In this document: piece by piece, positions 11,118 to 20,172 of the stretch | Position numbering within the stretch: position 1 is the first letter of the stretch | Layout: the number at the start of each line of letters is the position of its first letter | Origin: Oceanispirochaeta sp. | GTDB lineage: Bacteria > Spirochaetota > Spirochaetia > DSM-2461 | Length of the DNA stretch: 64,000 nt | NCBI GenBank assembly: GCA_963666275.2 | Contig: CAXXOA010000001.1 | Location: 1,600,001 to 1,664,000 of the forward strand | Direction: 5' to 3' | Program-made: the position numbers and the translations under genes | The notes under the pieces: model-generated | Database searches by the model: none | The model's input: only the letters and a program-made list of their open reading frames with translations | What the model was told of the DNA's origin: nothing

Positions 11118-11362
11118 AATTTCAGTATAAAAGAACCTGCATGCCTTTACCATTATTAACTGATGTCCCGGGATCCCTGTACATACACCATAGGCTCCAT
11201 CTGAATAGACAGAACCTTTATGGTTTTGAAGCGGCATCAGGATGTAAAAGGGGAGGAGTTCAGGAGAATCCATCCCTGCTGCAGAGCTTTCAGTTGAGGT
11301 CTCCCCCCTCTCTCTGTTTAATCCGGACGTCTGCTGATTGACTCAAAGGACAGGCCGGGTCT

Positions 11363-11450
11363 AGAATCAGAGTCAGCCGGGTCGATTCGTATGAACGGTA
11401 CCGGCGGTAAAAACTAATCACAATCAATTCAGACTTGATTCTGCAGGAGG
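11363..11450 (+). promoter_or_regulatory. Structured coaX leader, possibly pan-motif-like RNA
   Basis: Hairpin 11376-11405 with two bulged A's on opposite strands; outer stem pairs 11363-11374 with 11432-11442, next to the SD. Confidence 0.35.
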
Positions 11451-11460
11451 ACAGGTTCTG

Positions 11461-12234
11461 ATGACATTGACTCTGGATGCGGGCAGTGCCCGGATATTCG
11501 GCGGAGTTCTGCAGGACGGCGGAATTCTCGCTACTTTTCATAAAGATACCTCTAAAGGCTTAACCGAAGACGAACTCGGTCTTTTTCTGCTCCAGTGGCT
11601 GAGCGCCAAAAATCTGGACAGCAGGATGATAGACTCCGTTGTTTTCTGTTCGGTAGTACCCGAACTGAACGGAGTGATCGAGAGATGCAGCAGAAACTAT
11701 TTTGCTCTGGAAGCTCTGACCCTCAGGGCGGGAGTGAAAAGCGGGCTGCAGGTCAAGTATACCAACCATCAGGAACTGGGTGCGGACCTGATCGCCAATG
11801 CGGTGGCGGCTGTGAAACTCTACCCGGGAAGGGACATTATCATTGTCGACTTCGGCACGGCGACAAGCCTCTGTGCTGTGAGCTCCCGGTCCGAGTATCT
11901 GGGGGGAACCCTCATTCCCGGTCTGGATATTGCCATGGAAGCCCTGGCGGAACGGACGGCCCGACTGCCTGTGGTGGAAATCCAGCCGGTTGGCAGGGTC
12001 TGCGGACGTGATGCTGTCAGCGGGATACAGGGGGGACTCTTTTTCGGAACCCTGGGGATGCTCAAAGAGCTGATCCGCAGGATGAACAGAGAGTGTTTCT
12101 CCTCGGAAAATGCCCTCGTGGTGGCCACCGGAGCCCACGCCTCTCTTTTTGAAAAATATTCCATCTTTGATCATATCGTTAACGAACTTGTCCTCCTCGG
12201 GCTGGATCAGATCCGGCGTCTCAATCCGGATTGA
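11461..12234 (+). CDS. coaX: Type III pantothenate kinase
   Basis: CSVVP, LGAD, VDFGTAT, YLGG..PG and ATG motifs. Confidence 0.88.
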   Translation: MTLTLDAGSARIFGGVLQDGGILATFHKDTSKGLTEDELGLFLLQWLSAKNLDSRMIDSVVFCSVVPELNGVIERCSRNYFALEALTLRAGVKSGLQVKYTNHQELGADLIANAVAAVKLYPGRDIIIVDFGTATSLCAVSSRSEYLGGTLIPGLDIAMEALAERTARLPVVEIQPVGRVCGRDAVSGIQGGLFFGTLGMLKELIRRMNRECFSSENALVVATGAHASLFEKYSIFDHIVNELVLLGLDQIRRLNPD

Positions 12235-12289
12235 TTGCCGGGGGATATTCTCTTACATGCGGGAGTATTCCACCGAAGGAGAACAGAAT

Positions 12290-13195
12290 ATGCATACTCA
12301 GAACTGGTCGGAAAGACAGAAATCCACCTGGAAGAGCAAGGTGGGCCTGGCGGAAATGCTCAAAGGGGGCGTTATCATGGACGTGGTGACCCCCGAGCAG
12401 GCAAAAATCGCCGAAGAGGCAGGAGCCGCCGCGGTCATGGCTCTGGAAAGGGTTCCTGCGGATATCAGGAGAGACGGCGGTGTGGCCAGGATGTCCGATC
12501 CCGATCTTATCCTGTCCATTCAGGAGGCCGTGACCATTCCAGTCATGGCCAAATGCCGGATCGGTCATGTAACGGAAGCCCGGATACTGGAGGCCATGGC
12601 TGTGGACTTTATCGATGAATCGGAAGTGCTCACACCGGCGGATGACAGGTATCATATCTTCAAAGACAATTTCAGGGTGCCCTTTGTCTGCGGCTGCCGG
12701 AATCTGGGAGAAGCCCTCAGGCGGATCGGAGAAGGGGCTGCCATGATCCGGACCAAAGGAGAGGCCGGAACGGGAGACATTGTGGAAGCCGTTCGGCATA
12801 TGAGAACTCTCAAGGAGGATATCGCCCGGATTCAGGGACTGCCAGAAGAGACCCTGATGACCGTGGCCAAAGACATGGGGGCTCCCTATGATCTGATCCT
12901 GGAGGTAGCCCGGACCGGAGCCCTGCCGGTACCCAACTTTTCCGCCGGCGGAGTGGCGACTCCCGCCGATGCGGCCCTGATGGTCACTCTGGGTGCGGAA
13001 GCTGTTTTTGTCGGGTCCGGGGTATTCAAGTCGGAAGATCCCCGGAAAAGAGCCCGGGCCATTGTGGAGGCCGTGACCTTTTATGATGACCCGGCAAAGC
13101 TTGTTGAAATTTCCCGCAGTCTGGGAGCTCCCATGACCGGGATCGGCATGGACGAGCTGGCTCCGGAGCAGAGAATTGCCGGCCGGGGATGGTAG
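12290..13195 (+). CDS. pdxS: Pyridoxal 5'-phosphate synthase lyase subunit
   Basis: [21 protein letters not shown] and RTKGEAGTG motifs; AAGGAG SD before 12290. Confidence 0.98.
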   Translation: MHTQNWSERQKSTWKSKVGLAEMLKGGVIMDVVTPEQAKIAEEAGAAAVMALERVPADIRRDGGVARMSDPDLILSIQEAVTIPVMAKCRIGHVTEARILEAMAVDFIDESEVLTPADDRYHIFKDNFRVPFVCGCRNLGEALRRIGEGAAMIRTKGEAGTGDIVEAVRHMRTLKEDIARIQGLPEETLMTVAKDMGAPYDLILEVARTGALPVPNFSAGGVATPADAALMVTLGAEAVFVGSGVFKSEDPRKRARAIVEAVTFYDDPAKLVEISRSLGAPMTGIGMDELAPEQRIAGRGW

Positions 13196-13198
13196 GGA

Positions 13199-13753
13199 AT
13201 GACGGGAATACTGGCTCTGCAGGGGGGCTATGAGGCTCATAGAAAAATGGTCCTGTCTCTGAATGAGTCCTGCGCTCTGGTAAGGACTGAGCAGGACCTT
13301 TCGGGGATGGACCGGCTGATTCTGCCGGGGGGAGAGAGTACTGTCATGATCAGGCTCCTGACCCGGTACGGTCTTCTGGAAGGGCTCCGGAAGCGTATAG
13401 AAGGGGGGATGCCCGTCTTCGGAACCTGTGCGGGACTGATTCTGCTTTCCCGGCAGGTGGAGGATTCTGAGCTGACCGGTCCCGGAGGACTGGATCTCCG
13501 GGTCAGGCGGAACGCCTACGGAAGGCAGATAGAGAGTTTTGAAACCGACCTGACCTGGGAACAGGGACAGATAAGAGCTCTTTTTATAAGAGCTCCTGAA
13601 ATCATCCATACAGGGGGAGGGGTTGAAATCCTTTCCTCCCTGAAGGAGACTCCCGTTCTTGTGAGGCAGAAAAACTGTCTGGCCGCCAGCTTCCATCCGG
13701 AACTGACAGGTTATAGGGAAATCCACCGGTACTTCCTGAAAGAAATCGGGTAA
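13199..13753 (+). CDS. pdxT: Pyridoxal 5'-phosphate synthase glutaminase subunit
   Basis: GILALQG, PGGEST, GTCAG and FHPEL motifs. Confidence 0.97.
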   Translation: MTGILALQGGYEAHRKMVLSLNESCALVRTEQDLSGMDRLILPGGESTVMIRLLTRYGLLEGLRKRIEGGMPVFGTCAGLILLSRQVEDSELTGPGGLDLRVRRNAYGRQIESFETDLTWEQGQIRALFIRAPEIIHTGGGVEILSSLKETPVLVRQKNCLAASFHPELTGYREIHRYFLKEIG

Positions 13754-13759
13754 TACACA

Positions 13760-13808
13760 GGGCTGCTGTTTTCTCAGAATTGGGAAAACTGCAGCCCCTT
13801 CCTTTTTT
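13760..13808 (+). terminator. Intrinsic terminator after pdxT
   Basis: GGGCTGC..TTTTCTCA/TGGGAAAA..GCAGCCC stem followed by a T-run. Confidence 0.6.
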
Positions 13809-13865
13809 ATCCCTACGGGATATCCTATAATCCTGTAAAAGACGAGAAAAAGCAGGATTGTAACA

Positions 13866-14960
13866 ATGGGATTAAAAAGTGTTGTAAGCGATGTGGACCG
13901 GGTATTCAAGGTCATAGGATTGCTTTTTACTTTCGGCGGGCTTTATTTGGGAACTCTCATGTTTCTGCAGGCTCCGGATGTTCTGGAGCTTCGCGGAACG
14001 ATCGAATCTGTCAAAGTGGAAAAGTCCCGGCCTCTGGGATTCGAGGATATCCCGGTGGACTCCACCGATCCGGAACATCAGAATATCCCATTGAATGTGA
14101 TTACCTATGCTACGGTCTCCTATGAGGTGAACGGCCGGACCTATGAAGGGCTGATCAACTCCTGGGAGGAAGAGAGCTCCTGGGAGGAAGGCAGGGAGAT
14201 TGTTCTCTATTATGTGGAAGGGGAGGAAGATGTTCCTATGAATCACTTCCCCTCGGAAGCGGCGGGGAGGAAGAAGTCCTCTCTTATAGCCGGCGGAGCC
14301 ATGACGGTAATGGGGCTGATTCTGCTGACAGCAGGACTGGCCTCGGGAATCGGCCGGAAAAAGCAGGGCCGGATTCTTATGGAAAAGATCAGGCGCATAA
14401 AGAAACAGAACTGGCAGCCCCGATTGTTATACTCATCAGAGGTGCTGTATGAAAACCTGGACCGGGGCAATCCCTTTTCAGGAATCATCCTGACAGTAAT
14501 AGGTATAGGGTTTCTGGGAGGTGGTCTGGCGGGAATCCTGTCTGCCGGAACTCTGGCAGACAGGGCCTATCCTGTTTTTCCGGTTCTCCTGGGTCTGGGG
14601 GTTATCTTTCTGGGGACCAAAGAGTTTTACAGGGAAGAGGTTAAGGTAAACAACAAAGATGTTTATGTGAAATATACCTCTCTCTGGACCCGGTATGAGG
14701 AAAAAGTTCCTCTCAGCCAATTCGGAGGAATCAAAGATATTCTGCTTATCAAACAGCATGGAAATCTGCGGACAAGGAGATATCTCAGATATCTGGTTCT
14801 GATTCATGAAGATTTCAGATTTCATGAGCTGCCTCTTGTCTTTTTAAAGGACGATGAAGAGAGTGAAGAAAAAATCAGAGAGGTTTCCGGGAAACTGGGA
14901 CTGCCTCTTGTAGAAATCAATGGGGAGGACCTCAGGCTGATCTATCCCGAACAGCTGTAA
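13866..14960 (+). CDS. Membrane protein with DUF3592-like N-terminal domain
   Basis: TM helix, then a beta-rich domain (VSYEVNGRTY...GREIVLYY), then TM, plus two further TM helices. Confidence 0.55.
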   Translation: MGLKSVVSDVDRVFKVIGLLFTFGGLYLGTLMFLQAPDVLELRGTIESVKVEKSRPLGFEDIPVDSTDPEHQNIPLNVITYATVSYEVNGRTYEGLINSWEEESSWEEGREIVLYYVEGEEDVPMNHFPSEAAGRKKSSLIAGGAMTVMGLILLTAGLASGIGRKKQGRILMEKIRRIKKQNWQPRLLYSSEVLYENLDRGNPFSGIILTVIGIGFLGGGLAGILSAGTLADRAYPVFPVLLGLGVIFLGTKEFYREEVKVNNKDVYVKYTSLWTRYEEKVPLSQFGGIKDILLIKQHGNLRTRRYLRYLVLIHEDFRFHELPLVFLKDDEESEEKIREVSGKLGLPLVEINGEDLRLIYPEQL

Positions 14961-14990
14961 TTTCCTCTCCTGAACAGAAGAGGACACAGT

Positions 14991-15632
14991 ATGTTAAAGC
15001 AAATGAAAAGAGCCATTCTAATGATCATCCTGACAGGAACAGGTCTCCTGGGAGCAGAATCGAGCGAACCCTGGTCCCTGGAAATCCTGCCGGGAGAGAA
15101 CTATATCCACACAAAATGGTTCGGAATCATTCCTGTTAAACTGACTCCCCAGATAGCAGTCTGGGCAGAAACAGAAAGGGGAGAGTATATAGAGACCCTT
15201 TATATCACCGAACAGTCAGCCCGGAACAGGTGGAAAGGCGCTGAAAGCCGGCCGGAAGCCCTGCCTGTCTATTTTCATCTTTCCCGCCCGGAACAGAATG
15301 GTTCTGTCGATGCAGTCTCTGCCGCCACATCCCGTGAGGGTGTAGATAAATGGAGTGTTTCATTCCCCTCATCCGGAACGCCGCTGGTTATTAAAGCAGA
15401 AGTGAATGCTTCCTTTGACTATAACAGCAGGTATGCAAAAAAGAATTCCGGAGTGAACGGCCAGCCTTCCCTTATCTATTCCGGCTTATGGACGGGGACT
15501 GAAAATACAATCATTCTGACAGCTGTGGGAACCGGCGATTTGACAGGTCAGGGCGGAACCATCTCTGAGGATCTGTCCGGTCTGACTACAGCTTTCACGA
15601 TTCTCAGAGAAATAAAACTGAAAAAGGAATAA
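14991..15632 (+). CDS. Exported protein, DUF2271-like
   Basis: Signal peptide; PQIAVWAE..G.YIETLY, RPEALP, DAVSAAT and GQPSLIY motifs. Confidence 0.65.
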   Translation: MLKQMKRAILMIILTGTGLLGAESSEPWSLEILPGENYIHTKWFGIIPVKLTPQIAVWAETERGEYIETLYITEQSARNRWKGAESRPEALPVYFHLSRPEQNGSVDAVSAATSREGVDKWSVSFPSSGTPLVIKAEVNASFDYNSRYAKKNSGVNGQPSLIYSGLWTGTENTIILTAVGTGDLTGQGGTISEDLSGLTTAFTILREIKLKKE

Positions 15633-15656
15633 TCCTTCTGAACGAAAGATCAGAAA

Positions 15657-15692
15657 GCAGGTGAGACCGGGATGAAACATCGGCTCACCTGC
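15657..15692. terminator. Hairpin between convergent host genes (DUF2271-like gene and original msrBA 3' end)
   Basis: GCAGGTGAG...CTCACCTGC inverted repeat with inner pairing. Confidence 0.6.
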
Positions 15693-15702
15693 CAGTATGA
15701 GA

Positions 15703-15733
15703 TTACATTTTTTCTGCGACAAGATCCGGGTAG
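15703..15733 (-). pseudogene. Detached original 3' end of msrBA (YPDLVAEKM*)
   Basis: Joining across the GGGTAG duplication restores GCC TAC CCG GAT CTT GTC GCA GAA AAA ATG TAA in the msrBA frame. Confidence 0.85.
15728..15733 (+). repeat. Left copy of 6-bp target-site duplication GGGTAG
   Basis: Identical to 49935-49940; abuts the TG end. Confidence 0.9.
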
Positions 15734-15860
15734 TGTAGGATGATGCGATAATACTAACAGAAACCTGCGATAATTCCGGGATTTTCAGGTTTTTAACGGG
15801 ATATATCGGAAGACCGATTTAGAAAAGCTTTCATAATATGAGAAAAAACGCGGTGGGGAA
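15734..15860 (+). repeat. Left end (attL) with putative transposase-binding sites
   Basis: TGCGATAAT at 15744 and 15766 (22-bp spacing); third related site TATGAGAAAAAACGCGGTG near 15837. Confidence 0.8.
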
Positions 15861-15873
15861 ATCTGCCGGATCC

Positions 15874-15935
15874 TTTCAGTAATTTGAATTACTAACCACC
15901 ATTACATTACGATTTCAGCCTCTTCCATTTACTCT
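15874..15935 (+). promoter_or_regulatory. Putative activator-dependent late promoter 1 (lysis/packaging block)
   Basis: AGTAATTTGAATTACT-N8-TTACATTACGATTT-N14-TACTCT; same layout at 35280-35337. Confidence 0.75.
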
Positions 15936-15965
15936 GATTTCAGATATGAAAGATGAGGTGGAATC

Positions 15966-16379
15966 GTGATCCTACAGACAAGCCCTGAGCTGGATCGGCA
16001 AATTAAAAAGAATGGATGCTATTTTATGAGCATCCTCTTTCTGGCAGGCCAGAAATCCTGTCAAAGCTATCACACTGAAGATATCACGCGGATTAAGAAT
16101 GAAGCAATAAAAAAAGGATACCTTAGAAAAGATTGTTTTGTAAAAGATCCTGAAGGGATATTTCTTCTTGCCGGACTTCCTGTCCAATATACGAATACTC
16201 ACGAACCACCCTCAAGAAAAGTTGAATCCGATGAGCTTGAAATTCTCTATTACCGCTGGAAAGATGCCGGTCATTTTGTCGCAGGGGAAAACGGGGAAGT
16301 AGCTTACGACCCGATGGGAATGTCCAATTCTGTACAGTTGGGAGAGCTTCAGTCAAAGCGGATCTTTAAAGTTTTATGA
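15966..16379 (+). CDS. DUF261-like papain-fold protein, candidate endolysin
   Basis: GCYF...GHFV...YDP (Cys-His-Asp); first gene of the lysis cassette. Confidence 0.55.
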   Translation: MILQTSPELDRQIKKNGCYFMSILFLAGQKSCQSYHTEDITRIKNEAIKKGYLRKDCFVKDPEGIFLLAGLPVQYTNTHEPPSRKVESDELEILYYRWKDAGHFVAGENGEVAYDPMGMSNSVQLGELQSKRIFKVL

Positions 16380-16420
16380 ATCTCCGAGAGTTTCTCTGAG
16401 AAATAAATCATTAGGAGTAA

Positions 16421-16747
16421 ATGGTGAAAAATCTTACATCAATTATTGGGCTGATTTTAATTGTACTGGCAGTTCTGTGTGGGTATTTTATGGACTTCCC
16501 ACAGACTTGGATGCTTCAGGTTGTATCGGCCTCTGCTGGTCTGGCCATGGTCTTTCTGGATCAGGTTAAAAAGCGGGATAAAAAGGATTATTGGAAGGTC
16601 TATGTGATCGGTTTTATTTTATCCATAGGAACCATACTTGCGATATTCGGTGGAGTAAGTGATGCCACAATAACAACTATTATCGGAGCTGTGCTTATTG
16701 TTGCTGGAGCGGCTGTTGGAGTTTTGGCCGGTGTCAAAAATGGCTGA
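16421..16747 (+). CDS. Holin-like 4-TM membrane protein
   Basis: Four hydrophobic segments; lysis-cassette position. Confidence 0.5.
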   Translation: MVKNLTSIIGLILIVLAVLCGYFMDFPQTWMLQVVSASAGLAMVFLDQVKKRDKKDYWKVYVIGFILSIGTILAIFGGVSDATITTIIGAVLIVAGAAVGVLAGVKNG

Positions 16748-16949
16748 AATTAAACCCTGGTATCGATCCACAAAGAAGATGACTGGAATAATCTTCCTGG
16801 CCAATGGATTAGGAATGAGCTGGTTCTCATTTTTTCAGCAGAATCCAAATGATCCGGTAGCAATTATCGGGATGTTGCTGGGAACAGGGATAACTCTTCT
16901 AGGCATAAAAACAGCTGGCGGCGTGATGGCTGCAAAGTTTGGATTATGA
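16740..16949 (+). CDS. Small 2-TM holin/antiholin-like protein
   Basis: N-terminal KPWYRSTK followed by two TM segments; overlaps both neighbours. Confidence 0.5.
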   Translation: MAEIKPWYRSTKKMTGIIFLANGLGMSWFSFFQQNPNDPVAIIGMLLGTGITLLGIKTAGGVMAAKFGL

Positions 16950-17212
16950 GCTGGATCACTACGGCAAAAGTAGTTTTGATTCTCAGCCTGGTAGGTATTA
17001 CTGCTTACCAGGCTTTACGGATTAAGGCTCTTAAAAAGGACAACAAACAGAAGGACAAGGATGTTGAAACAGCCGAACAAAAAAACAAAGAAGCTGTCAC
17101 TACTCACAATGAACAGCAGCGGATCAGAGAAGAAGCTCAGAAGGAGAAAAAAGAGCTTGAAAATACCGATGATGACGATCTTGCCGATCGTGCTGACAAT
17201 CTTTTTCCTTAG
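16946..17212 (+). CDS. i-spanin (Rz)-like protein
   Basis: Single N-terminal TM followed by a charged coiled coil. Confidence 0.55.
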   Translation: MSWITTAKVVLILSLVGITAYQALRIKALKKDNKQKDKDVETAEQKNKEAVTTHNEQQRIREEAQKEKKELENTDDDDLADRADNLFP

Positions 17213-17444
17213 TTGCCAGACCTCTTCTTCAGAACCTTATAAGGGAGGTTACTCTGATTTTGACATCCCGATTCAGCCGGAAATTAGATCCGTTGATTTT
17301 ATGCGACTGGAGGATAAATCAGGGTTCTTCCTGATCAACCAAGAGTACAGAAATTTAGAGCACAATATTATCGAGTACCGTCGGTATATCGGAGAGCTGG
17401 AATCACAGCTTGGAATACCTCCTGAAGGTAGGTTTAATGGATAA
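17169..17444 (+). CDS. Lipoprotein, o-spanin (Rz1)-like
   Basis: MMTILPIVLTIFFLS-C lipobox; overlaps the 3' end of the i-spanin-like gene; Pro-containing mature region. Confidence 0.55.
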   Translation: MMTILPIVLTIFFLSCQTSSSEPYKGGYSDFDIPIQPEIRSVDFMRLEDKSGFFLINQEYRNLEHNIIEYRRYIGELESQLGIPPEGRFNG

Positions 17445-17826
17445 ATATATTCTACCTCTTGCTATCCAGGCTATCGGTACTACCGGGTCGGTAATTGGTG
17501 TGGTTTGGAGGATACAGAAAGCTCAATCAGACAAACATAAAGCAGAGCTGGAAAACCTCTCTAAAAAACATGATATAGAGATGAAAGCTTTACAGGAATC
17601 CTTCAAGGAAGAGCTTATTTCAATCAGAGAAATCATGTCTGAATGGGAGAAGCAGCGGAGGAATGGAGATCACGCTCTACATGAAAGAATCAATCAAATT
17701 GAAAGTAATGCTTATAAGGAAATAAACACCCGTCTTTCTCATATAGAAGGCCAGTTGAAAGGTCTTAATAATGTCACTCGGGTGATGGAAGAATGGCTTA
17801 TTAGAAATGGAGGAAAAGTCGAATGA
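17437..17826 (+). CDS. Phage protein with TM and coiled coil (Mu gp25/DUF2730-like position)
   Basis: N-terminal TM, coiled coil ending RLSHIEGQL; precedes the gp26-like gene. Confidence 0.5.
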   Translation: MDKYILPLAIQAIGTTGSVIGVVWRIQKAQSDKHKAELENLSKKHDIEMKALQESFKEELISIREIMSEWEKQRRNGDHALHERINQIESNAYKEINTRLSHIEGQLKGLNNVTRVMEEWLIRNGGKVE

Positions 17827-18116
17827 AAACTGATGTATTCAGCCCTAACCAGAGACGGATCATCCTGGAAGCTCTCGAAGGGGATAATGACTACTCATTG
17901 AACAATGGAATCCTGCAGAAAATCCTGGTTGAATTCGGTCATGGAGTCGGCAGAGAAAAGACGGATAAAGAAATTGCCTGGCTTGAAGAAAAAGGTCTTG
18001 TAACTGTGGAAGAGCTGACCGATAGCCTTAACGTCGTAAAGTTGACATCCAAGGGTTTGGATGTAGCTCACGGGCATGACAGAATTGAAGGTGTTGAACG
18101 CCCCGGCGTGGAGTAA
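17823..18116 (+). CDS. Mu gp26-like winged-helix protein
   Basis: RRIILEAL...IAWLEEKGLV...LTSKGLDVAHG..IEGVERP pattern. Confidence 0.8.
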   Translation: MKTDVFSPNQRRIILEALEGDNDYSLNNGILQKILVEFGHGVGREKTDKEIAWLEEKGLVTVEELTDSLNVVKLTSKGLDVAHGHDRIEGVERPGVE

Positions 18117-18118
18117 AT

Positions 18119-18673
18119 ATGGGGCGAAAATCCAATATAGACAAGCTCCCGGATGAGCTGAGAGAGAAGCTCCGTGAGCTGCTTAATAATTCTTCTGTAA
18201 CCCAGGCTGAAATCGTTGAAGTCATCAATGAAAAAGCAGGGGAACCTGTCCTCAGTACCAGTTCGGTAAACCGCTATGCCCTGCGGATGCAGAAACAGAT
18301 TGAGAAGACCAAACAAGCTCGGGAAGTAGCTGAAGCCTACATGAATAAAATGGGTGGAAATACCAGAAATCAGCTTGGAAAAGTTGTGAACGAGCAGATC
18401 CGTCTGATGAGCTTTGAGCTGATGACGGACATAGAGGAATTGAAGGAGAACGGAGAGACCGATCCAGGCCTAGTAATAGACCTGATATACAAAGTCAGCC
18501 GGGGGCTCAAAGAGCTGGAACAAGCTGAAAAACTTAACGCAGAAAGGGAATCCGATATCAGAAAAGAAGCCCTGAATGAAGCTGCTGCAACGGCAGAAAA
18601 ACAGCTAAAAAAAGAAGGTCTTTCCAATGATTCGATAATCCGTATAAAGAAGGAGATTCTGGGTATATCATGA
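18119..18673 (+). CDS. Terminase small subunit (DUF3486/Mu gp27-like)
   Basis: MGRKSNIDKLP...SSVNRY pattern; upstream of the large terminase. Confidence 0.85.
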   Translation: MGRKSNIDKLPDELREKLRELLNNSSVTQAEIVEVINEKAGEPVLSTSSVNRYALRMQKQIEKTKQAREVAEAYMNKMGGNTRNQLGKVVNEQIRLMSFELMTDIEELKENGETDPGLVIDLIYKVSRGLKELEQAEKLNAERESDIRKEALNEAAATAEKQLKKEGLSNDSIIRIKKEILGIS

Positions 18674-20172
18674 CCGACCAGGAACTGCTGAATATTGAGA
18701 TCCTTTTGCCCTATCAGGCTGCATGGTCAAAAGACCACTCCAAGGTCAAAGTCTGGGAAAAATCCAGGCGTATCGGGGCCAGTTACGGAGAAGCCTGCGA
18801 GACCGTTTTGGAAGCTGCAAAATCCAAAACTGAAGGCGGCCAGGATACTTTCTATCTTTCCTACAATAAAGAGATGACCCAGCAGTTCATAAGTGACTGT
18901 GCTATGTGGGCCAAAATCCTTAATAAAGCAGCTTCGGAAATTGAAGAAGTTGTCATCAATCATGAGGATAAGGATATCACAGTTTACCGCCTGACCATGG
19001 CCTCCGGATTTCAGATTTGGGGTCTCCCGTCAGAGCCCCGTTCTCTCCGTTCAAAACAGGGCCGGGTTATTATCGATGAGGCCGCTTTTGTAGAGAATCT
19101 CAGAGAGCTTTTGAAGGCGGCTATGGCTCTTACCATGTGGGGTGGAGTTGTTCGGATCATGTCTACTCATAACGGAGAAGACAACCCCTTCAATGAGCTG
19201 ATCAAAGAGATCAAAGAGGGTAAAAAAAACTACTCTCTTCATAGAACTACAATCCAGAATGCTCTGGATAAGGGCCTTTATAAAAGGATATGCCTGGTAA
19301 GCGACAGGGAGTGGTCTGAAGAAGCTGAAAAGGAGTGGCTTGATGAGCTGCTTGATGACTACGGAGACGGAGCAGCAGAGGAGTTGTACTGCATCCCCAC
19401 CAAAGGCGGAACCAGGTATATTTCCCGCTCACTGGTGGAATCCTGTATGGACAAGGATATTCCGGTTCTAAGCTACGAATGCACTGATGATTTTACCTTT
19501 GAATCAGACTTTGTTAGAGAAAGAAAAACCAATGATTGGCTGGAGGACAATCTCCTTCCTATCCTGAAGAACCTGCCCAATGATCCGGGCTTCATCGGGA
19601 TGGACTTTGCAAGGAGCGGAGACCTTTCTGAAATAGCTCTTTTTAATGAAACAGAAGGCCTCCGTTTGAGAGCTATCTGCTACCTTGAATTGAGGAATGT
19701 TCCCTTCTCCCAGCAGTTCCAGATTTTCTGCTATGTATGGGACAAGCATCCCCGGTTATTTGCAGCATCTCTTGATGCCAGGGGAAACGGCCAACACCTG
19801 GCGGAGCTTGCCGCTCAGAAGTACGGCCCGGCCTATGTGAATCAGGTGATGATCTCCAGGGCTTTTTATATGGAGTACATGCCAAAGTACAAAGCCAAGC
19901 TGGAAGACAGGGAGATGACCCTGCCCGGCTCTCCCGACATTATCGATGATCACAGAACAGTTGTTCTGGATAAGGGTGTTCCCACCATCTCGGAGAGGAC
20001 TTCCCAGGGCGGCGACAAGAATAAAAAGAGGCATGGAGACTCTGTCATTGCCGGTGTAATGGCCAACCATGCTTACGAGAATGACGACAGCTCTCACCAG
20101 AGCTATAAATACGAAGCGGTGAAAGCTTCAAACCCCTGGAGAGGAGGAACCAGCCGTGGCCGATGGAGATAA
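18670..20172 (+). CDS. Terminase large subunit (Mu gp28-like)
   Basis: LLPYQ, EKSRRIG, IIDEAAF, STHNG, GMDFARSGD and RHGD motifs. Confidence 0.95.
   Translation: MTDQELLNIEILLPYQAAWSKDHSKVKVWEKSRRIGASYGEACETVLEAAKSKTEGGQDTFYLSYNKEMTQQFISDCAMWAKILNKAASEIEEVVINHEDKDITVYRLTMASGFQIWGLPSEPRSLRSKQGRVIIDEAAFVENLRELLKAAMALTMWGGVVRIMSTHNGEDNPFNELIKEIKEGKKNYSLHRTTIQNALDKGLYKRICLVSDREWSEEAEKEWLDELLDDYGDGAAEELYCIPTKGGTRYISRSLVESCMDKDIPVLSYECTDDFTFESDFVRERKTNDWLEDNLLPILKNLPNDPGFIGMDFARSGDLSEIALFNETEGLRLRAICYLELRNVPFSQQFQIFCYVWDKHPRLFAASLDARGNGQHLAELAAQKYGPAYVNQVMISRAFYMEYMPKYKAKLEDREMTLPGSPDIIDDHRTVVLDKGVPTISERTSQGGDKNKKRHGDSVIAGVMANHAYENDDSSHQSYKYEAVKASNPWRGGTSRGRWR

Noticed and set aside
11118..11273. 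N-terminal extension of the HD-GYP ORF
   Set aside because: Non-protein-like sequence before the first TM-proximal Met; probably leader or promoter DNA. Similar over-extensions were trimmed for pdxS, sppA, gemA and the methyltransferase.
11461..11800. CoaX motif deviations (DAGSA for DxGNT; GADL for GxDR) as evidence of a new activity
   Set aside because: GADL variants occur in other type III pantothenate kinases and the remaining motifs are intact; not supportable without an alignment.
12221..13915. 564-aa minus-strand ORF
   Set aside because: Antisense shadow of pdxS/pdxT with no recognisable motifs.
15729..15733. 5-bp Mu-type target duplication
   Set aside because: GGTAG on the left does not match GGGTA on the right; only the 6-bp GGGTAG duplication fits and restores the msrBA frame.
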